Notes: generated from the letters alone by a model not told the origin. 25,546 nt of DNA from Utricularia gibba (GCA_002189035.1 NEEC01000472.1:1-25546), one strand, 5' to 3'; counted from the first letter of the stretch, positions 1 through 12,327 are shown. Translations and numbers: made by a program.

Positions 1-610
1 GTCATGAGATCCTAACTTCAATAAAGGTATCACGATTTTCGTCGAATGGGACCTTATTGTGCTGTGAAGTCAGACCGAACCTTGGGTCCGGACGAAGTTC
101 CCAACAACAGCACCGCGCCAAAAAACGACAACTTTTCCTTGAAAAAGCATGTAGGCAGCCGCCGAAAACCCAACGTTAATAAATGCATCACTTTTTTGGC
201 CGGGCTAAAAATGACTATGGGCCAGAGCGCGACTCGACCATTTGCTCGATACTAGAGCCAGCTTAAAGCACCTCGTCAAATAAAAATCAGGTTGTTGAGA
301 AAACCATTTGGGGCGCTCATGACATCCTAACTTCATTAAATGCATCACGATTTTCATCGAGTAGGACCCGATTGGGCTCAGGAGCCAGACCAAACCTTGG
401 GCCCTTACAAAGCTGCCAACGACAGCACCCGCCTTAAAACGGCAAGCTGTTGCTTGAAAAACCATGTGGGCAGCCGCCGACAACCCAACGTTAATAAATG
501 CATCATTCTTTTTTTCGGGCTACAGCTGACTTTGGGCCGAGCTCGACCCGAATTCCGGGCCGATCTCGGTGACCCACAAAAGCGCCTTCTCAAGTGTATA
601 GCATGCTGTT

Positions 611-1539
611 GAAAAAAGCATTTGGGGTAATCATGAGATCCTAACTTCAATAAAGGTATCACGATTTTCGTCGAATGGGACCTATTGTGCTGTGAAGTCA
701 GACCGAACCTTGGGTCCGGACGAAGTTCCCAACAACAGCACCCGCCAAAAAACGACAACTTTTCCTTGAAAAAGCATGTAGGCAGCCGCCGAAAACCCAA
801 CGTTAATAAATGCATCACTTTTTTGGCCGGGCTACAAATGACTATGGGCCAGAGCGCGACTCGACCATTTGCTCGATACTAGTGCCAGCCTAGAGCACCT
901 CGTCAAATATAAATCAGGTTGTTGAGAAAACCATTTGGGGCGCTCATGACATCCTAACTTCATTAAATGCATCACGATTTTCATCGAGTAGGACCCGATT
1001 GGGCTCAGGAGCCAGACCAAACCTTGGGCCCTTACAAAGCTGCCAACGACAGCACCCGCCTTAAAACGGCAAGCTGTTGCTTGAAAAACCATTTAGGCAG
1101 CCGCCGAAAACCCAACGTTGATAAATGCATGACTTATTTTCCGGGCTACAACTGACTATGGGCGTGAGCCCGACCCGACCTCTGGCCCAATCCAAACCCC
1201 CGAGAGCGCCTTCTCAAATATAAAGTAGAGTGTGGAGAAAACCCATTGGGGTTCTCATGACATCCTAACAAAAGCAAATGCATCACGATTTTCATCGAGT
1301 AGGACCCGATTGGGCTCAGGAGCCGAACCTTGGGCCCTTACAAAGCTGCCAACGACAGCACCCGCCTTAAAACGGCAAGTTGTTGCTTGAAAATGTGGGC
1401 AGCCGCCGACAACCCAACGTTAATAAATGCATCACTTCTTTTGACGGGCTACAGCTGACTTTGTCCCCAAGCCGACCCGAATTCCGGCCCGATCTCGGTG
1501 ACCCACAAAAGCGCCTTCTCAAGTTTAAAGCATGCTGTT
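611..1539 (+). repeat. Reference set of ~156-bp monomers: a1 611-767, a2 768-923, b1 924-1082, c2 1083-1234, d1 1235-1388, d2 1389-1539 (b2 example 456-610)
   Basis: Manual alignment of b1 (GAAAACCATTTGGGGCGCTCATGACATCCTAACTTCATTAAATGCATCAC) with b2 (GAAAAACCATGTGGGCAGCCGCCGACAACCCAACGTTAATAAATGCATCAC) is colinear. AAATGCATCA lies at 338 and 496, 158 bp apart. Confidence 0.9.
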
Positions 1540-1560
1540 GAAAAAAGCATTTGGGGCGGT
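632..1560 (+). repeat. A-C-D hexamer HOR copy 1 (929 bp)
   Basis: Carries the diagnostic c2 (CCATTTAGGC, GTTGATAAATGCATGAC, AAAGTAGAGTGTGG) and D (CTAACAAAAGCAAATGC, GAAAATGTGGG, TTTGTCCCC, GTTTAAAGC) motifs. Confidence 0.92.
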
Positions 1561-3435
1561 CATGAGATCCTAACTTCAATAAAGGTATCACGATTTTCGT
1601 CGAATGGGACCTTATTGTGCTGTGAAGTCAGACCGAACCTTGGGTCCGGACGAAGTTCCAAACAACAGCACCCGCCAAAAAACGACAACTTTTCCTTGAA
1701 AAAGCATGTAGGCAGCCGCCGAAAACCCAACGTTAATAAATGCATCACTTTTTTGGCCGGGCTACAAATGACTATGGGCCAGAGCGCGACTCGACCATTT
1801 GCTCGATACTAGTGCCAGCCTAGAGCACCTCGTCAAATATAAATCAGGTTGTTGAGAAAACCATTTGGGGCGCTCATGACATCCTAACTTCATTAAATGC
1901 ATCACGATTTTCATCGAGTAGGACCCGATTGGGCTCAGGAGCCAGACCAAACCTTGGGCCCTTACAAAGCTGCCAACGACAGCACCCGCCTTAAAACGGC
2001 AAGCTGTTGCTTGAAAAACCATGTGGGCAGCCGCCGACAACCCAACGTTAATAAATGCATCACTTCTTTTATCGGGCTACAGCTGACTTTGGGCCCGAGC
2101 TCGACCCGAATTCCGGCCGATCTCGGTGACCCACAAAAGCGCCTTCTCAAGTGTATAGCATGCTGTTGAAAAAAGCATTTGGGGTTCATGAGATCCTAAC
2201 TTCAATAAAGGTATCACGATTTTCGTCGAATGGGACCTTATTGTGCTGTGAAGTCAGACCGAACCTTGGGTCCGGACGAAGTTCCCAACAACAGCACCCG
2301 CCAAAAAAACGACAACTTTTCCTTGAAAAAGCATGTAGGCAGCCGCCGAAAACCCAACGTTAATAAATGCATCACTTTTTTGGCCGGCTACAAATGACTA
2401 TGGGCCAGAGCGCGACTCGACCATTTGCTCGATACTAGTGCCAGCCTAGAGCACCTCGTCAAATATAAATCAGGTTGTTGAGAAAACCATTTGGGGCGCT
2501 CATGACATCCTAACTTCATTAAATGCATCACGATTTTCATCGAGTAGGACCCGATTGGGCTCAGGAGCCAGACCAAACCTTGGGCCCTTACAAAGCTGCC
2601 AACGACAGCACCCGCCTTAAAACGGCAAGCTGTTGCTTGAAAAACCATGTGGGCAGCCGCCAACCCAACGTTAATAAATGCATCACTTCTTTTTTCGGGC
2701 TACAGCTGACTTTGGGCCCGAGCCGACCCGAATTCCGGCCCGATCTCGGTGACCCACAAAAGCGCTTCTCAAGTGTATAGCATGCTGTTGAAAAAAGCAT
2801 TTGGGGTTCATGAGATCCTAACTTCAATAAAGGTATCACGATTTTCGTCGAATGGGACCTTATTGTGCTGTGAAGTCAGACCGAACCTTGGGTCCGGACG
2901 AAGTTCCCAACAACAGCACCCGCCAAAAAACGACAACTTTTCCTTGAAAAAGCATGTAGGCAGCCGCCGAAAACCCAACGTTAATAAATGCATCACTTTT
3001 TTGCCGGGCTAAAAAATGACTATGGGCCAGAGCGCGACTCGACCATTTGCTCGATACTAGAGCCAGCTTAAAGCACCTCGTCAAATAAAATCAGGTTGTT
3101 GAGAAAACCATTTGGGCGCTCATGACATCCTAACTTCATTAAATGCATCACGATTTTCATCGAGTAGGACCCGATTGGGCTCAGGAGCCAGACCAAACCT
3201 TGGGCCCTTACAAAGCTGCCAACGACAGCACCCGCCTTAAAACGGCAAGCTGTTGCTTGAAAAACCATGTGGGCAGCCGCCGACAACCCAACGTTAATAA
3301 ATGCATCACTTCTTTTATCGGGCTACAGCTGACTTTGGGCCCGAGCTCGACCCGAATTCCGGCCCGATCTCGGTGACCCACAAAAGCGCCTTCTCAAGTG
3401 TATAGCATGCTGTTGAAAAAAGCATTTGGGGTGGT

Positions 3436-4310
3436 CATGAGATCCTAACTTCAATAAAGGTATCACGATTTTCGTCGAATGGGACCTTATTGTGCTGTGA
3501 AGTCAGACCGAACCTTGGGTCCGGACGAAGTTCCCAACAACAGCACCCGCCAAAAAACGACAACTTTTCCTTGAAAAAGCATGTAGGCAGCCGCCGAAAA
3601 CCCAACGTTAATAAATGCATCACTTTTTTGGCCGGGCTACAAATGACTATGGGCCAGAGCGCGACTCGACCATTTGCTCGATACTAGTGCCAGCCTAGAG
3701 CACCTCGTCAAATATAAATCAGGTTGTTGAGAAAACCATTTGGGGCGCTCATGACATCCTAACTTCATTAAATGCATCACGATTTTCATCGAGTAGGACC
3801 CGATTGGGCTCAGGAGCCAGACCAAACCTTGGGCCCTTACAAAGCTGCCAACGACAGCACCCGCCTTAAAACGGCAAGCTGTTGCTTGAAAAACCATTTA
3901 GGCAGCCAAAACCCAACGTTGATAAATGCATGACTTATTTTCCGGGCTACAACTGACTATGGGCAGCCCGACCGACAATTTCTCAAATATAAAGTAGAGT
4001 GTGGAGAAAACCCTCATGACATCCTAACAAAAGCAAATGCATCACGATTTTCATCGAGTAGGACTTGGGCTCAGGAGCCGAACCTTGGGCCTTACAAAGC
4101 TGCCAACGACAGCACCCGCCTTAAAACGGCAAGCTGTTGCTTGAAAATGTGGGCAGCCGCCGACAACCCAACGTTAATAAATGCATCACTTCTTTTGACG
4201 GGCTACAGCTGACTTTGTCCCAGCCCGACCCGAATTCCGGCCCGATCTCGGTGACCCACAAAAGCGCCTTCTCAGTTTAAAGCATGCTGTTGAAAAAAGC
4301 ATTTGGGGGT
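3436..4310 (+). repeat. A-C-D hexamer copy 2 (875 bp, internally deleted C)
   Basis: Same C/D diagnostics; C is only ~265 bp (3750-4014). Confidence 0.88.
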
Positions 4311-5555
4311 CATGAGATCCTAACTTCAATAAAGGTATCACGATTTTCGTCGAATGGGACCTTATTGTGCTGTGAAGTCAGACCGAACCTTGGGTCCGGA
4401 CGAAGTTCCCAACAACAGCACCCGCCAAAAAACGACAACTTTTCCTTGAAAAAGCATGTAGGCAGCCGCCGAAAACCCAACGTTAATAAATGCATCACTT
4501 TTTTGGCCGGGCTACAAATGACTATGGGCCAGAGCGCGACTCGACATTTGCTCGATACTAGTGCCAGCCTAGAGCACCTCGTCAAATATAAATCAGGTTG
4601 TTGAGAAAACCATTTGGGGCGCTCATGACATCCTAACTTCATTAAATGCATCACGATTTTCATCGAGTAGGACCCGATTGGGCTCAGGAGCCAGACCAAC
4701 CTTGGGCCCTTACAAAGCTGCCAACGACAGCACCCGCCTTAAACGGCAAGCTGTTGCTTGAAAAACCATGTGGGCAGCCGCCGACAACCCAACGTTAATA
4801 AATGCATCACTTCTTTTTCGGGCTACAGCTGACTTTGGGCCCGAGCTCGACCCGAATTCCGGCCGATCTCGGTGACCCACAAAAGCGCCTTCTCAAGTGT
4901 ATAGCATGCTGTTGAAAAAAGCATTTGGGGTCATGAGATCCTAACTTCAATAAAGGTATCACGATTTTCGTCGAATGGGACCTTATTGTGCTGTGAAGTC
5001 AGACCGAACCTTGGGTCCGGACGAAGTTCCCAACAACAGCACCCGCCAAAAAACGACAACTTTTCTTGAAAAAGCATGTAGGCAGCCGCCGAAAACCCAA
5101 CGTTAATAAATGCATCACTTTTTTTGCCGGGCTACAAATGACTATGGGCCAGAGCGCGACTCGACCATTTGCTCGATACTAGTGCCAGCTTAAAGCACCT
5201 CGTCAATAAAAAATCAGGTTGTTGAGAAAACCATTTGGGGCGCTCATGACATCCTAACTTCATTAAATGCATCACGATTTTCATCGAGTAGGACCCGATT
5301 GGGCTCAGGAGCCAGACCAAACCTTGGCCCTTACAAAGCTGCCAACGACAGCACCCGCCTTAAAACGGCAAGCTGTTGCTTGAAAAACCATGTGGGCAGC
5401 CGCCGACAACCCAACGTTAATAAATGCATCACTTCTTTTGTCGGGCTACAGCTGACTTTGGGCCCGAGCTCGACCCGAATTCCGGCCGATCTCGGTGACC
5501 CACAAAAGCGCCTTCTCAAGTGTATAGCATGCTGTTGAAAAAAGCATTTGGGGTT

Positions 5556-6478
5556 CATGAGATCCTAACTTCAATAAAGGTATCACGATTTTCGTCGAAT
5601 GGGACCTTATTGTGCTGTGAAGTCAGACCGAACCTTGGGTCCGGACGAAGTTCCCAACAACAGCACCCGCCAAAAAACGACAACTTTTCCTTGAAAAAGC
5701 ATGTAGGCAGCCGCCGAAAACCCAACGTTAATAAATGCATCACTTTTTTGGCCGGGCTACAAATGACTATGGGCCAGAGCGCGACTCGACCATTTGCTCG
5801 ATACTAGTGCCAGCCTAGAGCACCTCGTCAAATATAAATCAGGTTGTTGAGAAAACCATTTGGGGCGCTCATGACATCCTAACTTCATTAAATGCATCAC
5901 GATTTTCATCGAGTAGGACCCGATTGGGCTCAGGAGCCAGACCAAACCTTGGGCCCTTACAAAGCTGCCAACGACAGCACCCGCCTTAAAACGGCAAGCT
6001 GTTGCTTGAAAAACCATTTAGGCAGCCGCCGAAAACCCAACGTTGATAAATGCATCACTTATTTTCCGGGCTACAACTGACTATGGGCGTGAGCCCGACC
6101 CGACCTCTGGCCCAATCCCAAACCCCCCGAGAGCGCCTTCTCAAATATAAAGTAGAGTGTGGAGAAAACCATTGGGGTTCTCATGACATCCTAACAAAAG
6201 CAAATGCATCACGATTTTCATCGAGTAGGACTTGGGCTCAGCCGAACCTTGGGCCCTTACAAAGCTGCCAACGACAGCACCCGCCTTAAAACGGCAAGCT
6301 GTTGCTTGAAAATGTGGGCAGCCGCCGACAACCAACGTTAATAAATGCATCACTTCTTTTGACGGGCTACAGCTGACTTTGTCCCCAGCCCGACCCGAAT
6401 TCCGGCCCGATCTCGGTGACCCACAAAAGCGCCTTCTCAAGTTTAAAGCATGCTGTTGAAAAAAGCATTTGGGGCGGT
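5556..6478 (+). repeat. A-C-D hexamer copy 3
   Basis: C at 5870-6181 and D at 6182-6478 carry the diagnostic motifs. Confidence 0.9.
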
Positions 6479-7103
6479 CATGAGATCCTAACTTCAATAA
6501 AGGTATCACGATTTTCGTCGAATGGGACCTTATTGTGCTGTGAAGTCAGACCGAACCTTGGGTCCGGACGAAGTTCCCAACAACAGCACCCGCCAAAAAA
6601 CGACAACTTTTCCTTGAAAAAGCATGTAGGCAGCCGCCGAAAACCCAACGTTAATAAATGCATCACTTTTTTGGCCGGGCTACAAATGACTATGGGCCAG
6701 AGCGCGACTCGACCATTTGCTCGATACTAGTGCCAGCCTAGAGCACCTCGTCAAATATAAATCAGGTTGTTGAGAAAACCATTTGGGGCGCTCATGACAT
6801 CCTAACTTCATTAAATGCATCACGATTTTCATCGAGTAGGACCCGATTGGGCTCAGGAGCCAGACCAAACCTTGGGCCCTTACAAAGCTGCCAACGACAG
6901 CACCCGCCTTAAAACGGCAAGCTGTTGCTTGAAAAACCATGTGGGCAGCCGCCGACAACCCAACGTTAATAAATGCATCACTTCTTTTGTCGGGCTACAG
7001 CTGACTTTGGGCCCGAGCTCGACCCGAATTCCGGCCGATCTCGGTGACCCACAAAAGCGCCTTCTCAAGTGTAAGCATGCTGTTGAAAAAAGCATTTGGG
7101 GTT

Positions 7104-7989
7104 CATGAGATCCTAACTTCAATAAAGGTATCACGATTTTCGTCGAATGGGACCTTATTGTGCTGTGAAGTCAGACCGAACCTTGGGTCCGGACGAAGTT
7201 CCCAACAACAGCACCCGCCAAAAAACGACAACTTTTCCTTGAAAAAGCATGTAGGCAGCCGCCGAAAACCCAACGTTAATAAATGCATCACTTTTTTGGC
7301 CGGGCTACAAATGACTATGGGCCAGAGCGCGACTCGACCATTTGCTCGATACTAGTGCCAGCCTAGAGCACCTCGTCAAATATAAATCAGGTTGTTGAGA
7401 AAACCATTTGGGGCGCTCATGACATCCTAACTTCATTAAATGCATCACGATTTTCATCGAGTAGGACCCGATTGGGCAGGAGCCAGACCAAACCTTGGGC
7501 CCTTACAAAGCTGCCAACGACAGCACCCGCTTAAAACGGCAAGCTGTTGCTTGAAAAACCATTTAGGCAGCCGCCGAAAACCCAACGTTGATAAATGCAT
7601 GACTTATTTTCCGGGCTACAACTGACTATGGGCGTGAGCCCGACCCGACCAATCCTTCTCAAATATAAAGTAGAGTGTGGAGAAAACCCATTGGGCATGA
7701 CATCCTAACAAAAGCAAATGCATCACGATTTTCATCGAGTAGGACTTGGGCTCAGGAGCCGAACCTTGGGCCCTTACAAAGCTGCCAACGACAGCACCCG
7801 CCTTAAAACGGCAAGCTGTTGCTTGAAAATGTGGGCAGCCGCCGACAACCCAACGTTAATAAATGCATCACTTCTTTTGACGGGCTACAGCTGACTTTGA
7901 AGCCCGACCCGAATTCCGGCCCGATCTCGGTGACCCACAAAAGCGCCTTCTCAAGTTTAAGCATGCTGTTGAAAAAAGCATTTGGGGGT
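7104..7989 (+). repeat. A-C-D hexamer copy 4 (deleted C)
   Basis: C at 7418-7695 (~278 bp) and D at 7696-7989. Confidence 0.88.
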
Positions 7990-9238
7990 CATGAGATCCT
8001 AACTTCAATAAAGGTATCACGATTTTCGTCGAATGGGACCTTATTGTGCTGTGAAGTCAGACCGAACCTTGGGTCCGGACGAAGTTCCCAACAACAGCAC
8101 CCGCCAAAAAACGACAACTTTTCCTTGAAAAAGCATGTAGGCAGCCGCGAAAACCCAACGTTAATAAATGCATCACTTTTTTGGCCGGGCTACAAATGAC
8201 TATGGGCCAGAGCGCGACTCGACCATTTGCTCGATACTAGTGCCAGCCTAGAGCACCTCGTCAAATATAAATCAGGTTGTTGAGAAAACCATTTGGGGCG
8301 CTCATGACATCCTAACTTCATTAAATGCATCACGATTTTCATCGAGTAGGACCCGATTGGGCTCAGGAGCCAGACCAAACCTTGGGCCCTTACAAAGCTG
8401 CCAACGACAGCACCCGCCTTAAAACGGCAAGCTGTTGCTTGAAAAACCATGTGGGCAGCCGCCGACAACCCAACGTTAATAAATGCATCACTCTTTTTCG
8501 GGCTACAGCTGACTTTGGGCCCGAGCTCGACCCGAATTCCGGCCCGATCTCGGTGACCCACAAAAGCGCCTTCTCAAGTGTATAGCATGCTGTTGAAAAA
8601 AGCATTTGGGGTAATCATGAGATCCTAACTTCAATAAAGGTATCACGATTTTCGTCGAATGGGACCTTATTGTGCTGTGAAGTCAGACCGAACCTTGGGT
8701 CCGGACGAAGTTCCCAACAACAGCACCGCCAAAAAACGACAACTTTTCTTGAAAAAGCATGTAGGCAGCCGCCGAAAACCCAACGTTAATAAATGCATCA
8801 CTTTTTTGCCGGGCTACAAATGACTATGGGCCAGAGCGCGACTCGACCATTTGCTCGATACTAGAGCCAGCTTAAGCACCTCGTCAATAAAAATCAGGTT
8901 GTTGAGAAAACCATTTGGGGCGCTCATGACATCCTAACTTCATTAAATGCATCACGATTTTCATCGAGTAGGACCCGATTGGGCTCAGGAGCCAGACCAA
9001 AACCTTGGGCCCTTACAAAGCTGCCAACGACAGCACCCGCCTTAAAACGGCAAGCTGTTGCTTGAAAAACCATGTGGGCAGCCGCCGACAACCCAACGTT
9101 AATAAATGCATCACTTCTTTTCGGGCTACAGCTGACTTTGGGCCCGAGCTCGACCCGAATTCCGGCCCGATCTCGGTGACCCACAAAAGCGCCTTCTCAA
9201 GTGTATAGCATGCTGTTGAAAAAAGCATTTGGGGTAAT

Positions 9239-10154
9239 CATGAGATCCTAACTTCAATAAAGGTATCACGATTTTCGTCGAATGGGACCTATTTGTGCTG
9301 TGAAGTCAGACCGAACCTTGGGTCCGGACGAAGTTCCCAACAACAGCACCCGCCAAAAAACGACAACTTTTCCTTGAAAAAGCATGTAGGCAGCCGCCGA
9401 AAACCCAACGTTAATAAATGCATCACTTTTTTGGCCGGGCTACAAATGACTATGGGCCAGAGCGCGACTCGACCATTTGCTCGATACTAGTGCCAGCCTA
9501 GAGCACCTCGTCAAATATAAATCAGGTTGTTGAGAAAACCATTTGGGGCGCTCATGACATCCTAACTTCATTAAATGCATCACGATTTTCATCGAGTAGG
9601 ACCCGATTGGGCTCAGGAGCCAGACCAAACCTTGGGCCCTTACAAAGCTGCCAGACAGCACCCGCCTTAAAACGGCAAGCTGTTGCTTGAAAAACCATTT
9701 AGGCAGCCGCCGAAAACCCAACGTTGATAAATGCATGACTTATTTTCCGGGCTACAACTGACTATGGGCGTGAGCCCGACCCGACAATCCCAAAACCCCC
9801 GAGAGCGCCTTCTCAAATATAAAGTAGAGTGTGGAGAAAACCCATTGGGGTTCTCATGACATCCTAACAAAAGCAAATGCATCACGATTTTCATCGAGTA
9901 GGACCCGATTGGGCCGAACCTTGGGCCCTTACAAAGCTGCCAACGACAGCACCCGCCTTAAAACGGCAAGCTGTTGCTTGAAAAATGTGGGCAGCCGCCG
10001 ACAACCCAACGTTAATAAATGCATCACTTCTTTTGACGGGCTACAGCTGACTTTGTCCCCCAAGCCGACCTGAATTCCGGCCCGATCTCGGTGACCCACA
10101 AAAAGCGCCTTCTCAAGTTTAAAGCATGCTGTTGAAAAAAGCATTTGGGGCGGT
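9239..10154 (+). repeat. A-C-D hexamer copy 5
   Basis: C at 9553-9854 and D at 9855-10154. Confidence 0.9.
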
Positions 10155-10778
10155 CATGAGATCCTAACTTCAATAAAGGTATCACGATTTTCGTCGAATG
10201 GGACCTTATTGTGCTGTGAAGTCAGACCGAACTTGGGTCCGGACGAAGTTCCCAACAACAGCACCCGCCAAAAAACGACAACTTTTCCTTGAAAAAGCAT
10301 GTAGGCAGCCGCCGAAAACCCAACGTTAATAAATGCATCACTTTTTTGGCCGGCTACAAATGACTATGGGCCAGAGCGCGACTCGACCATTTGCTCGATA
10401 CTAGTGCCAGCCTAGAGCACCTCGTCAAATATAAATCAGGTTGTTGAGAAAACCATTTGGGGCGCTCATGACATCCTAACTTCATTAAATGCATCACGAT
10501 TTTCATCGAGTAGGACCCGATTGGGCTCAGGAGCCAGACCAAACCTTGGGCCCTTACAAAGCTGCCAACGACAGCACCCGCCTTAAAACGGCAAGCTGTT
10601 GCTTGAAAAACCATGTGGGCAGCCGCCGAAACCCAACGTTAATAAATGCATCACTTCTTTTGTCGGGCTAGCTGACTTTGGGCCCGAGCTCGACCCGAAT
10701 TCCGGGCCGATCTCGGTGACCCACAAAAGCGCCTTCTCAAGTGTATAGCATGCTGTTGAAAAAAGCATTTGGGGTAAT

Positions 10779-11698
10779 CATGAGATCCTAACAGCAATAA
10801 AGGTATCACGATTTTCGTCGAATGGGACCTTATTGTGCTGTGAAGTCAGACCGAACCTTGGGTCCGGACGAAGTTCCCAACAACAGCACCCGCAAAAAAA
10901 CGACAACTTTTCCTTGAAAAAGCATGTAGGCAGCCGCGAAAACCCAACGTTAATAAATGCATCACTTTTTTGGCCGGGCTACAAATGACTATGGGCCAGA
11001 GCGCGACTCGACCATTTGCTCGATACTAGTGCCAGCCTAGAGCACCTCGTCAAATATAAATCAGGTTGTTGAGAAAACCATTTGGGGCGCTCATGACATC
11101 CTAACTTCATTAAATGCATCACGATTTTCATCGAGTAGGACCCGATTGGGCTCAGGAGCCAGACCAAACCTTGGGCCCTTACAAAGCTGCCAACGACAGC
11201 ACCCGCCTTAAAACGGCAAGCTGTTGCTTGAAAAACCATTTAGGCAGCCGCCGAAAACCCAACGTTGATAAATGCATGACTTATTTTCGGGCTACAACTG
11301 ACTATGGGCGTGAGCCCGACCCGACCTCTGGCCCAATCGAGAGCGCCTTCTCAAATATAAAGTAGAGTGTGGAGAAAACCCATTGGGGTTCTCATGACAT
11401 CCTAACAAAAGCAAATGCATCACGATTTTCATCGAGTAGGACCCGATTGGGCTCAGGAGCCGAACCTTGGGCCCTTACAAAGCTGCCAACGACAGCACCC
11501 GCCTTAAAACGGCAAGCTGTTGCTTGAAAATGTGGGCAGCCGCCGACAACCCAACGTTAATAAATGCATCACTTCTTTTGACGGGCTACAGCTGACTTTG
11601 TCCCCAAGCCCGACCTGAATTCCGGCCCGATCTCGGTGACCCACAAAAGCGCCTTCTCAAGTTTAAAGCATGCTGTTGAAAAAAGCATTTGGGGCGGT
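10779..11698 (+). repeat. A-C-D hexamer copy 6
   Basis: C at 11092-11392 and D at 11393-11698. Confidence 0.9.
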
Positions 11699-12327
11699 CA
11701 TGAGATCCTAACTTCAATAAAGGTATCACGATTTTCGTCGAATGGGACCTTATTGTGCTGTGAAGTCAGACCGAACCTTGGGTCCGGACGAAGTTCCCAA
11801 CAACAGCACCCGCCAAAAAACGACAACTTTTCCTTGAAAAAGCATGTAGGCAGCCGCCGAAAACCCAACGTTAATAAATGCATCACTTTTTTGGCCGGGC
11901 TACAAATGACTATGGGCCAGAGCGCGACTCGACCATTTGCTCGATACTAGTGCCAGCCTAGAGCACCTCGTCAAATATAAATCAGGTTGTTGAGAAAACC
12001 ATTTGGGGCGCTCATGACATCCTAACTTCATTAAATGCATCACGATTTTCATCGAGTAGGACCCGATTGGGCTCAGGAGCCAGACCAAACCTTGGGCCCT
12101 TACAAAGCTGCCAACGACAGCACCCGCCTTAAAACGGCAAGCTGTTGCTTGAAAAACCATGTGGGCAGCCGCCGACAACCCAACGTTAATAAATGCATCA
12201 CTTCTTTTGTCGGGCTACAGCTGACTTTGGGCCCGAGCTCGACCCGAATTCCGGCCCGATCTCGGTGACCCACAAAAGCGCCTTCTCAAGTGTATAGCAT
12301 GCTGTTGAAAAAAGCATTTGGGGTAAT

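Noticed and set aside
37-52. CENP-B-box-like TTTCGTCGAATGGGAC in every a1 monomer
   Set aside because: It has TTCG and the central A but lacks the correctly spaced CGGG of NTTCGNNNNANNCGGGN, so it is unlikely to be a functional box.
170-190. AATAAA/ATTAAA poly(A)-signal hexamers in most monomers
   Set aside because: They are part of the AT-rich conserved box, with no gene context; sequence alone gives no evidence of transcription.
230-260. Pol III B-box-like GCTCGATAC (tRNA-, 5S- or SINE-derived unit)
   Set aside because: It mismatches the GTTCRANNC consensus, has no A-box at suitable spacing, and I see no cloverleaf or 5S similarity.
1-631. Hammerhead ribozyme, as in newt, schistosome and cricket satellites of similar unit size
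   Set aside because: I found no CUGANGA core with a correctly placed GAAA and flanking helices on either strand by eye. An Infernal/Rfam scan would be decisive.
2089-2130. Polylinker-like cluster of ApaI, SacI, EcoRI and BstEII sites (possible vector contamination)
   Set aside because: It recurs in most B dimers, varies between copies and aligns to homologous positions of other monomers, so it is native satellite sequence.
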